Shown: positions 19,268-26,928, numbered from the stretch's first letter. The stretch is DNA of 39,748 bases from Prochlorococcus marinus str. MIT 9215 (GCA_949486985.1 CATBLW010000002.1:1-39748), one strand, 5' to 3'. Notes: generated from the letters alone by a model not told the origin. Translations and numbers: made by a program.

Positions 19268-20005
19268 TCAATGAGCCATTGAGGTCGCAACTTTTAGGAC
19301 TAAGCCAAAATAAACCGCAAATGCGAGGAAAGTAATGCCTGTCCATAGCTTCTTGCGAGGTTTTGTATAAGAAGAAGTTGAGTAATACCTGCTATTGGCA
19401 TTGGCGTCGCTGGGAGCACGTAGTTGAAGCGAGTCTCTCCAGTCTTGGCCATATCTCGGAAAACTTTGATAAATAGGGACGTCGCCAGATTCTTTGCCTG
19501 GTAATACTCTGGAACGCTGTTCCGGAACCAAGTCAAGCCCAAATGCATGCATGTATTCATCGCTATTCAGGATCTGATCGATGAAGGCTTTATATCCCAG
19601 TTCTCCAATCACAATTGACCAGGATCTTCTCTCCTCGTCGCCATGAGCTGGCCTGCCCAGTACGCGGCCAACGACTTGGTCAACCATGCGGTAGTTCGAA
19701 CTGCATTGGTAATAACCCTGCAAAAATCTCTCCGATAGCAATAATCCACGAATGAAATCCCTCACCGTGATGCTGCCGTTACGTAGCTGTGATTCCAGGA
19801 AAGGTTCCCGATCACAGCTCATGGCGTGGAAAAAGATTTGTCGATAACTACGTTCAATAACGAGCTCAACATTGCATCCAATCCCATCGCCTCCGGAGGC
19901 GGCTGAGCGCGTTAACGATTCGCTATTGACACGCTGATTACCCGTCAGGCTTGTAACTCTTGAATTCTGCGTCGTGAGCGGGTAGTTCAGAACAGGGATA
20001 GGCAT
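19268..20005 (-). CDS. cpcG2: rod-core linker CpcG2 (CpcL-like) with hydrophobic C-terminal anchor
   Basis: 245 aa. The CpcG-type linker domain reads IERSYRQIFFHAMSCDREPFLESQLRNGSITVRDFIRGLLLSERF...VVGRVLGRPAHGDEERRSWSIVIGELGYKAFIDQILNSDEYMHAFG. The C-terminus KKLWTGITFLAFAVYFGLVLKVATSMAH is a predicted transmembrane helix. Confidence 0.85.
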   Translation of the reverse strand: MPIPVLNYPLTTQNSRVTSLTGNQRVNSESLTRSAASGGDGIGCNVELVIERSYRQIFFHAMSCDREPFLESQLRNGSITVRDFIRGLLLSERFLQGYYQCSSNYRMVDQVVGRVLGRPAHGDEERRSWSIVIGELGYKAFIDQILNSDEYMHAFGLDLVPEQRSRVLPGKESGDVPIYQSFPRYGQDWRDSLQLRAPSDANANSRYYSTSSYTKPRKKLWTGITFLAFAVYFGLVLKVATSMAH

Positions 20006-20077
20006 CGGTTCTTCTGGCGGTTAGGTATAAATGCTGAGGCTCATTGTGGCCGCCATTCTCGATTTCCAGTGGTTGGC

Positions 20078-20686
20078 TTAGTAGCTCTTAACGCTGAAGC
20101 CTCCAATTTCTGTTTCCAGCTCAAGGAATGCGGCATCCAGAAGCTTGGCCTCCTTGATGTGGCTTGACGTCTTCAGTGATGCACTGGCCAGAGTGCGAAG
20201 TTCACCAAGTGCGAAAAGCATGGCTGGAATGGGTACACCCATGGCAACGTACAAATCTTTTAAGCCTTCCATTCCTTCAGGGTCTGTCAGCTTTGGTTGA
20301 GCAGTTGCGACTGCATAACAGCAGACACGCAAGAAGTGATAGCAGTCTCGCCAACAGGCCTCCGCTCTTTGGCTTGGAAAGAGTGCCCCACCAGGTCTGA
20401 TCAGTTCAGGTTGGTGAGCCAGAAGGGTTTGTTTGGCTTGATCAACCAATGCATTGGCTTCGTTTTGAAGGTTTGCCAGTGATGAGGCGTCAACATTGGA
20501 GCCAAGACAGAGCTGCTTTAATTCATCAGCAGTGAGCATCCTTCCTTCCGCATCGGCATCGGCCAGGATTTTGCGGACATGATCAGGTAGATCCGCTCTG
20601 TTCTGAAGACCCAGCACGCGGGCTCGTTTCACGAGTTGCCGAATGCGCTCGGAATCTTCAAGATTGGCTTCGAATTCTTTTGACAT
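20078..20686 (-). CDS. allophycocyanin-like (AplA-like) phycobiliprotein paralogue
   Basis: 202 aa with a globin-type phycobiliprotein core: RAEACWRDCYHFLRVCCYAVATAQP...GMEGLKDLYVAMGVPIPAMLFAL. It aligns with the A-C-x-R-D...YxLR...Y chromophore-site region of alpha/beta chains, with Cys retained. It has a long N-terminal extension not seen in canonical subunits. Confidence 0.65.
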   Translation of the reverse strand: MSKEFEANLEDSERIRQLVKRARVLGLQNRADLPDHVRKILADADAEGRMLTADELKQLCLGSNVDASSLANLQNEANALVDQAKQTLLAHQPELIRPGGALFPSQRAEACWRDCYHFLRVCCYAVATAQPKLTDPEGMEGLKDLYVAMGVPIPAMLFALGELRTLASASLKTSSHIKEAKLLDAAFLELETEIGGFSVKSY

Positions 20687-20689
20687 CGC

Positions 20690-21148
20690 TTACTCGGCAG
20701 GATTATTCCCTTGCAACAAATTGGCTTGAGTGGATGTGAGCACTGGCGAAGCTGTTAGTAATCCATGCCTTTCAAGGTAGAAAGCCCAAGTGAAGTCTTC
20801 CCCCAGTCCTGGGCAGTGTTCTGTGGCGAGTTCCGCTAATTGGCCATCAATCCCTAGAGAAATGAGCAGTTCGCTGGCTTGATTCGGACCATCGACTTGG
20901 GCTGGTCGGATGGCTGAGCCAACGACCCAGGTCACACGTGTTGCGTGTAGTTCTCCTTGATCACTTTCACAGGCGATCAGAATGTTGCAGGGTTCGGAAT
21001 ATCTCTCAAGAGTTTCTTGCCAAAGGCGCAGATTGTCAGGCTTCAGGTCAATCCTGAGAACCCCTGCAGGGGAATCAATTTTTAGTTCTGCCTTGCGATC
21101 GTCCTTCAGGAGGAGGGTTTGCATCTTGGCGTCACTGGAGAGGCTCAT
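20690..21148 (-). CDS. hypothetical protein in the string CpcT-like / this gene / AplA-like / cpcG2
   Basis: 152 aa with an ATG start. It is separated from the aplA-like ATG by 3 nt and from the upstream gene by 19 nt, consistent with an operon. No domain recognised. Confidence 0.55.
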   Translation of the reverse strand: MSLSSDAKMQTLLLKDDRKAELKIDSPAGVLRIDLKPDNLRLWQETLERYSEPCNILIACESDQGELHATRVTWVVGSAIRPAQVDGPNQASELLISLGIDGQLAELATEHCPGLGEDFTWAFYLERHGLLTASPVLTSTQANLLQGNNPAE

Positions 21149-21167
21149 ATTCAGGAAGTTTCATTGA

Positions 21168-21788
21168 TTACTCGATGGCTTGCTTAGGGCCTGGATCCTG
21201 GAACCATGCTGGTGGAATTTCATTGGACCAATCGAGATATTTCTCAAATTGGAATGGACCAGCGATGGATCCCCAGAGGTGCTCGTGGCTGTCAAGATCG
21301 TACCCGCGATCAATGGTCTGCATTCGGTTCCCCTTTAATTCGAATTCGCTGAGCAGGTAGGAGTCTTGCCCTTTGCGGCGAATGATGCAGCGACAACCAG
21401 GCTCGACACTTCCTTTAAAGCCACCGTCTTGTTCTTGAACGTGATAGTTACAGCCTTCAAGAGGTTCAAGATCTTCACTTTTGATTTGTTGGAGAAGCTC
21501 TGGGTTGTCAACGGCACCCCAGAAACGTTCGTTGTCGTGGAGAGAAAAATTGGACACGATGAGCCCTTTCTCGGGGCATTGCCACGGCCTGACGACACGG
21601 ACGCGGTAGGGCTGCTCTGGAGCAACGGCATAAGCCTGCTCAAGCAGTAAAAAACCTGGCTCAAGCTGCTCAATTGGCCGATATCGAATCAGGATGTGCG
21701 CATAGAGCGGTGGGTTCTCAAAGGCTTGGTTTTGGTTGCTGTATCCACCACAAAGGAGAGTCAGCAGTCGTTGCAGGGAGGTATTCAT
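21168..21788 (-). CDS. T-type bilin lyase (CpcT/RpcT/CpeT, DUF1001 family), second copy in the window
   Basis: 206 aa. LCGGYSNQNQAFENPPLYAHILIRYRPI...LLEQAYAV...PYRVRVVR...GCNYHVQEQDGGFKGSVEPGCRCIIRRKGQDSYLLSEFEL follows the same signature as the CpeT at 6235-6858 but is clearly divergent. Confidence 0.8.
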   Translation of the reverse strand: MNTSLQRLLTLLCGGYSNQNQAFENPPLYAHILIRYRPIEQLEPGFLLLEQAYAVAPEQPYRVRVVRPWQCPEKGLIVSNFSLHDNERFWGAVDNPELLQQIKSEDLEPLEGCNYHVQEQDGGFKGSVEPGCRCIIRRKGQDSYLLSEFELKGNRMQTIDRGYDLDSHEHLWGSIAGPFQFEKYLDWSNEIPPAWFQDPGPKQAIE

Positions 21789-22229
21789 TGCTGGTTCTTT
21801 TGGGGATGAGGAGTTCCTTCAGCCATCAATCTCTGCCAATAGCAGCGTCTCCATTTTTTGCTCTGGTTTTGGCAAAAGCTCTGACTGTTTAGTTTGCCAA
21901 ATACCAGGATGGCCAAAACCATCAAAGTTGGTTCAAGTGCAAAGAGAAAAGAGAAGAGGCTTCAAAAGCTTGAGCAGGAAGCTTTGTGATCATGATTCGA
22001 TGAGGCTTGCCCACGACAAACATCGCAGAAAGCCAAGCAGGCTTGAAAATACTCAGGCAAGCTCGCCGAAGTGGTTTTAATTGCGCCGAAGATGCACCTT
22101 TCTCGTTGACTTGCAAATCAGTTGAAGGCGTTGCTAGGGGATCAATTTTGTCTGCTTGCCTTGGAGGTGATGGACAGGTCGCTGAGCGCCGATACCATCG
22201 GCAAAATTCCTTGCAGGAGCCCAACTCTG

Positions 22230-22661
22230 ATGGCAGTTAGCGAGCAACCTTCGACTTTCGAGCATCTCCTCAGTCAGCAGCTCCATTCTTTTAGTGAGTT
22301 GACCGAGACGCTCACATTGAGGCTTCTTGAACTAGAGGAGCGGGTGACATCCTTTGAGACCATGAGCACAGATGCTCAGGAGAGTCACATTGAGGAGGCT
22401 ACGCAGATTCTTCTTGACAAGAGTAAAGATCGTGTTGGCAACTTATTAGGTCTGCTCGATATCGATCAGCAGAAGGCCCCGATCCTTCAGGCTGTGCCAG
22501 ATGCCTCGTTGCAGGATGAGATGCAACCCGAGGTTGAGCTTGAGGAGGCTGAGCCTGAAGACGAGGTTGTTGCCCAAGATATTGATGGAGAATTCGATGA
22601 CTCAGAGCTTGGCGACACCCAGTATGTGGATGATCCCCAAATGCCTTTGCTTTCAGCTTGA
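22230..22661 (+). CDS. hypothetical coiled-coil protein with a strongly acidic C-terminal tail
   Basis: ORF 22122-22661, with ATGs at 22170 and 22230. LTETLTLRLLELEERVTSFE is coiled-coil-like. The tail is EVELEEAEPEDEVVAQDIDGEFDDSELGDTQYVDDPQ. Start choice is uncertain and no domain is recognised. Confidence 0.45.
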   Translation: MAVSEQPSTFEHLLSQQLHSFSELTETLTLRLLELEERVTSFETMSTDAQESHIEEATQILLDKSKDRVGNLLGLLDIDQQKAPILQAVPDASLQDEMQPEVELEEAEPEDEVVAQDIDGEFDDSELGDTQYVDDPQMPLLSA

Positions 22662-22669
22662 TACCTCGC

Positions 22670-23379
22670 TCAGAACAGATTCAGTAGCCGGATGCGAAAT
22701 TCGGCTACTTCCCTGGCCATTGATGGTGAATCCATTAAAAAGGGATGGTCACTTATTTCAGTCAAAACAATTTCCAACTTCTCATCCTTGCTGAGCTCGC
22801 TATCTTTTTTTTGAGCATGACATTGTTGCCATGCTTGATCAAAAGCGATTGCAAAGTCATCTGCATTGTTGAATACCCGCTCTTTGCCAGAGTTGGATTG
22901 GGATGAATACATGGCCAACTCGCTTGCTGATGCAGGGCTTTGTATTGTAAGCCAAGAATCCCTGGATGGCTTTGAATTTAAGAATGGGCACTGCGAGGAG
23001 AAATCTATTATTAATTCAAGCCAAGGATTAAATGCCTGCAAAGGCTTTGAAAGGGTTTTGGTATGGTGTTGATCAAAAACAAAGCTATTTGATATTTGGA
23101 TAAGAAATCAGGCCATGAGTTTTCTGGATGGCCCAAAGGATTCTGTATATGCTTGATAACTTGATAGCGCTCTGACTCTTTCCAAGAAGATTGGGCCTTT
23201 TCTGAGTGAATGTCTTCACAGCAAAGCAACAGCAAGACTTGTGGTGTTGGATTGATTAATCTCTTCTCAAGCTTCATGGCATCGGTAAATTTGCATGAAT
23301 AGTGCTGGATAGATGTCATTAAATCAAACAGCATTCGCAACCTGTTGTTGGCCTGATCTTTTGTATTCGCCTGCTCCAA
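22670..23379 (-). pseudogene. two abutting same-strand ORFs in different frames (122 aa + 123 aa): possible frameshifted gene of about 240 codons
   Basis: ORF 23011-23379 and ORF 22670-23041 overlap by 31 nt. The frame of the second stays open for at least about 20 codons upstream of its TTG start (...QISNSFVFDQHHTKTLSKP-LQAFNPW...). Both begin with TTG in the track, and the region is AT-rich. Confidence 0.3.
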
Positions 23380-24091
23380 ATAGAGATTTATTTGTTTTAA
23401 TTATTGAATCCAGGTTGATGTTCTCTTCATGTTATTTTGCAGCTTCGCAAGGCCTTTATTGTTAACGGAAACTGGTCGTCTGGTTGCTGCTTGGTGGGGT
23501 GGTCTTGCGCTATTTGCGCTAGCTTTTCAAGCAGGCTTTGCTGCTTCGAATGGACTCGATTGCAATATATTTTGTTGCCTTGGTTTTGAATTTACTGGGA
23601 ATTCTTGCAAAGAGTTTGATTGTTAAGGGATTAATCGTTGCCCAGAAAAGTTTTGGTTGCTTGATTCATTGGCTCCCGAAAGCTTTTCAAAGTCAGCTCT
23701 TTTAAGGGTTTGATTGATGAGTTGCACCCTTTGTATCGGAATTGGCATGAAAATTTGCCGGGAAAATACCCCTTGCTGGCTGGATGCTCTGCTGCTTCGC
23801 CATCTTTTCGACGAGCCAGTTCAGCCATTGGGAACGGCCATGCCAGGAGGACCGCTGTCAATGGCTAGCCGGTAGAATTATAGAATTATAGCGATATGTG
23901 CGTTCACTGCTTGCCCCCGCTTCGGTTCGGTTCGAGTAGCAATTGTTACTTGAGTCTGGTTCTAGGTATTTTTGCTCTGCTTAATATAACACTTCGTTAC
24001 CTTCAGGTTTAGTTATGTTATGGTTCCTTTGAGCAAATGCAGCCAGGTGATATGCACCTGATTTGTGTTTTCAATTCATTGGAATCTTTTG

Positions 24092-24271
24092 ATGACCAAG
24101 AGAATTACTTTTGAGGTGTCTAATGAATTGCATAGGCGCTTGAAGCTTCTTAGCTACACAGAAGGAATGTCTCTAGGGCAAATGCTTAGACAATGTGTTA
24201 CTGATTTCTGTCAGAAGCATGATGCGCACCTTATAGAAATTATTGACAAAAGAAAAAAGGTTCCTGAGTAA
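24092..24271 (+). CDS. ribbon-helix-helix (CopG/Arc/MetJ-type) DNA-binding protein, FciC-like by architecture and context
   Basis: 59 aa from ATG 24092: MTKRITFEVSNELHRRLKLLSYTEGMSLGQMLRQCVTDFCQKH. This gives a beta-strand (KRITFEV), helix A (NELHRRLKLLS), a G turn and helix B (SLGQMLRQCV), which is a typical RHH fold pattern. Confidence 0.65.
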   Translation: MTKRITFEVSNELHRRLKLLSYTEGMSLGQMLRQCVTDFCQKHDAHLIEIIDKRKKVPE

Positions 24272-24722
24272 GTAGTCGATCTATTTGTGCGTTGCTAAAG
24301 AGAAATTAGTCCAGCAAAGAAACAAAAATTCTATATTGAACTGCTCGAGGTTGAATGGGCAGCCTGAATAGCCTTTTGAGAATGGCTTGTTAGGCGTGTT
24401 TGCTGCGAATATCTCAGTTTTCTGCTCGTATGTTCCCTTAGATAGCTGTGACTAGTGATTCGCTTCGGTGATTGGCGAACGGCTTCTGCGGGCCTGCCAA
24501 TGAGCCTCTGGTAGAGCAGGTGGCAGTTCTGTAGGGCAGCCTTTTGGGCCGCGAAATGCGTTAATGCACTTGTAAATGACTGCGTTTACTGGATCGCATT
24601 AATATGCCTTTTGCTATCTGTTAATTCATATTTATGTGAATCTGAAATTCGCAAATGTCAAGATCGCTATATAAATACTGAGATTGATCTAGGTTTTTAC
24701 AATGTTTATCTAGCAATTGACA

Positions 24723-25049
24723 ATGTCAAAACAGCAATTGATGGACTTCATTAGCGCTGCTAGGGCTGATGATCATTTGAGCGATAAGCTTAAGCAGGCT
24801 GATGGGCCTGAGCAAATTCTTGCGATCGCTTCTGATCATGGGTTTGTGTTCTCTGAGGAGATAAAGGGAAGATTCAGAAACCGCTGGTATGGAGTTTATT
24901 TCTGTCCTCAAAGAGAAGAGATTAATGATCTCTGTCCATCGCTTGTGCCTGAGGGTTTTGATAATCTTGCTCAATACTCCCAATCGACTTGCAATCAGCT
25001 TGATAAGCAAGAAGCGAATGATTTCCGCTCAGGCATTGTTTATGCATGA
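24723..25049 (+). CDS. Nif11-domain protein (Unk10-like by architecture and context) with a Cys-containing C-terminal extension
   Basis: 108 aa from ATG 24723. MSKQQLMDFISAARADDHLSDKLKQADGPEQILAIASDHGFVFSEE fits the Nif11 pattern. It ends 46 nt upstream of the fused lyase gene on the same strand. Confidence 0.7.
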   Translation: MSKQQLMDFISAARADDHLSDKLKQADGPEQILAIASDHGFVFSEEIKGRFRNRWYGVYFCPQREEINDLCPSLVPEGFDNLAQYSQSTCNQLDKQEANDFRSGIVYA

Positions 25050-25095
25050 ACTTATTTGAGTATGTTTTTTAAGCTCCATTCTTGCTCATATCTCT

Positions 25096-26505
25096 ATGGA
25101 AGAAAATTATTCTGGCTTGATAGAATCTGCTGATCAGGCAATATCTGCAGTTCAATTTAGCGATGATGAGGCAATCCGATTTCATGCTGTCTGGTGGCTT
25201 GGTAAGTACCGGATTAAGGAGTCGGTTGCGCTTTTATGCGAATGCTTGAGTAATGATCGAGGTCAGACTGCGCTCGGCGGCTATCCGTTGCGACGCCAGG
25301 CCGCTCGATCTCTTGGCTTGTTAAAAGACAAATCGGCGATACCTGCCCTTGTCTCAGCTTTGGATTGCCCTGATTTTAGATTGCATGAGGCAGTGATACT
25401 TTCACTTCAGTCAATTGGTTGTGAAACAGCTATTCCGGCCCTAATTAGTTACTTTGGTTCTGAATCAATGCCTCGCAAGCCTTATGAGGCATTGATTGAA
25501 ACTCTTGCGCATTTAAAAGCCTGGCAGGCTAGAGAGCTTGTTGAACCCTTTTTGGAGCATGATTCTGAACGCGTCAGAGGGGCTGCTTCTGCTTATTGCT
25601 ACATGATGTCGGGAGACAGAAGTTATCTTGATTACTTATTGATCAACCTTGGGCATCAGAATAGATTTATAAGACAATCGGCAGCATTTGATCTTTCTAT
25701 GCTTGGCGATTCTTCCATTGCTAAAGATATTGTCTGTTCCCGTATACCGAATAATGTGAAGCTGGCCACTCTTAAGCAAATTGCAGAGAGAGAAGTAACT
25801 GATCAGGTCGCTGACTATCTTTCAATGTATCATCAGGACAAGTATTTGCATGACTCAATAGAGCATCTGTTGGCTGATGCTGTTGAGGGTAATATCCAAG
25901 CCTCAGAAGGTGATGCTCAGCAGAGCAGTGATGTTCAAAGAGTCATCAGCATTGCCGAGAAAATTGATTTACCAGGAGAAGAATTTGTCCTGTCTGATTC
26001 TGACGGGATGTTTCTCGTTGATGCGTTGAAGTCTTCGGTTCTGAGTACTAAATTTGCTGCTATTGATTGTTTGGAAAGAGTCTCCTCTCATTCTATGGAT
26101 TTCATCAGTCAAACCTTCGAACAAGATGATGATCAGGACGTTAAGGCTGGTCTTGTTCAGGTGATGTTGCGGATTGGAGATGCTCGGCTGCTTCCTCAGC
26201 TTGATCAGGCGATTGGCCTGGAAGTCGCCAATCATTGTCAAGGCAAGCTAAGGCGCGTCGCGACGCTTGCTATTGGAATCATTGGCAGCAAGGAAGATGA
26301 TGCCGATCGCCTGGTTCAGATTGTTGATAAATTGAGCTGGCTTGCGAGTCAGGTTGAAGATTGGGCACTTCGATATTGTGCAATTATCTCCTTGGAGATG
26401 ATTGGTGATGCAAGATCCTTCTCTGTGATGAACTCTTTGGGCGAGAGTGAAACCGAGCCTTTGGTGAGATGTCGATTGCAGCGCGCCATCTCTACATTCT
26501 CTTGA
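25096..26505 (+). CDS. fused CpcE-like / CpcF-like bilin lyase (RpcG architecture) with NHCQGK isomerase-type motif
   Basis: 469 aa. The N-terminus has RFHAVWWLG and GGYPLRRQAARSLGLLKDKSAIPALVSAL (CpcE/PecE hallmarks). The C-terminus has VANHCQGKLRRVATLAIG (NHCQGK at 26230-26247) and EDWALRYCAIISLEMIG (CpcF/PecF-like). The gene is AT-rich (24/60 GC at 25681-25740). Confidence 0.85.
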   Translation: MEENYSGLIESADQAISAVQFSDDEAIRFHAVWWLGKYRIKESVALLCECLSNDRGQTALGGYPLRRQAARSLGLLKDKSAIPALVSALDCPDFRLHEAVILSLQSIGCETAIPALISYFGSESMPRKPYEALIETLAHLKAWQARELVEPFLEHDSERVRGAASAYCYMMSGDRSYLDYLLINLGHQNRFIRQSAAFDLSMLGDSSIAKDIVCSRIPNNVKLATLKQIAEREVTDQVADYLSMYHQDKYLHDSIEHLLADAVEGNIQASEGDAQQSSDVQRVISIAEKIDLPGEEFVLSDSDGMFLVDALKSSVLSTKFAAIDCLERVSSHSMDFISQTFEQDDDQDVKAGLVQVMLRIGDARLLPQLDQAIGLEVANHCQGKLRRVATLAIGIIGSKEDDADRLVQIVDKLSWLASQVEDWALRYCAIISLEMIGDARSFSVMNSLGESETEPLVRCRLQRAISTFS

Positions 26506-26511
26506 TCTAAT

Positions 26512-26536
26512 CGAAGGCTTGCTGCCTTCGCTTTCT
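26512..26536 (+). terminator. candidate terminator after the fused lyase gene
   Basis: Stem CGAAGGC (26512-26518) / GCCTTCG (26524-26530) with loop TTGCT, followed by CTTTCT. The T tract is weak. Confidence 0.4.
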
Positions 26537-26825
26537 AGATTGTGTGGATGAATTGTTCGTACTCGGTCAATCAAGCTGCTAAGAATTTCGCTTTAATAGT
26601 GATGATTTTTCCTTTTGGATGGCTACATTCTTTACCTCGATCGACGTTCTTCGTTAGCGCTAGTGATTCCTTCTCTTGATGGCTTGATTGCAGAACAGCA
26701 ATGTGCCCAGTTTGGTATTAGTTTTTCGCCTTAGCTTTGCGCTTCTCGGATCGAATCGAAAAGTATTTGGGTGCTTTCACCGCCTTGACTTGTTGATCAT
26801 CAAGGGGCTTTTGTGATTTCAAAAA

Positions 26826-26898
26826 TGCCAGGACCCAGATTTGAACTGGGGACACGGCGATTTTCAGTCGCCTGCTCTACCAACTGAGCTATCCCGGC
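26826..26898 (-). tRNA. trnF: tRNA-Phe (anticodon GAA)
   Basis: The minus strand reads GCCGGGA-TA-GCTC-AGTTGGTA-GAGC-A-GGCGA-CTGAAAA-TCGCC-GTGTC-CCCAG-TTCAAAT-CTGGG-TCCTGGC-A. This is a full 73-nt cloverleaf with a 7-bp acceptor stem (one G-U), anticodon loop CT-GAA-AA and no encoded CCA. Confidence 0.95.
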
Positions 26899-26928
26899 AC
26901 GCCGCCTAAGCGACTAATGAATCTTAGA

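Noticed and set aside
21900-21909. AATACCAGGA resembling the sequence spanning the tRNA-Phe 3' end (AATGCCAGGA, 26824-26833), considered as a possible distal island boundary repeat
   Set aside because: Only 9 of 10 nt match and the similarity stops immediately. That is well within chance for 40 kb, so I could not define island borders from repeats.
23429-23861. 65-aa plus-strand ORF (hydrophobic, Cys-rich tail) and 76-aa minus-strand ORF in the island spacer
   Set aside because: Neither has recognisable motifs and one needs a TTG start. They cannot be supported as genes without homology or expression data, so they are left uncalled.
24509-24520. 12-nt identity (TGGTAGAGCAGG) to the D-arm of the tRNA-Phe gene, considered as a tRNA remnant or att site
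   Set aside because: The match is too short and covers a generic tRNA D-arm sequence. It is in inverted orientation relative to the tRNA gene, whereas att duplications are direct and usually 3'-end derived. No T-arm or acceptor stem can be folded around it.
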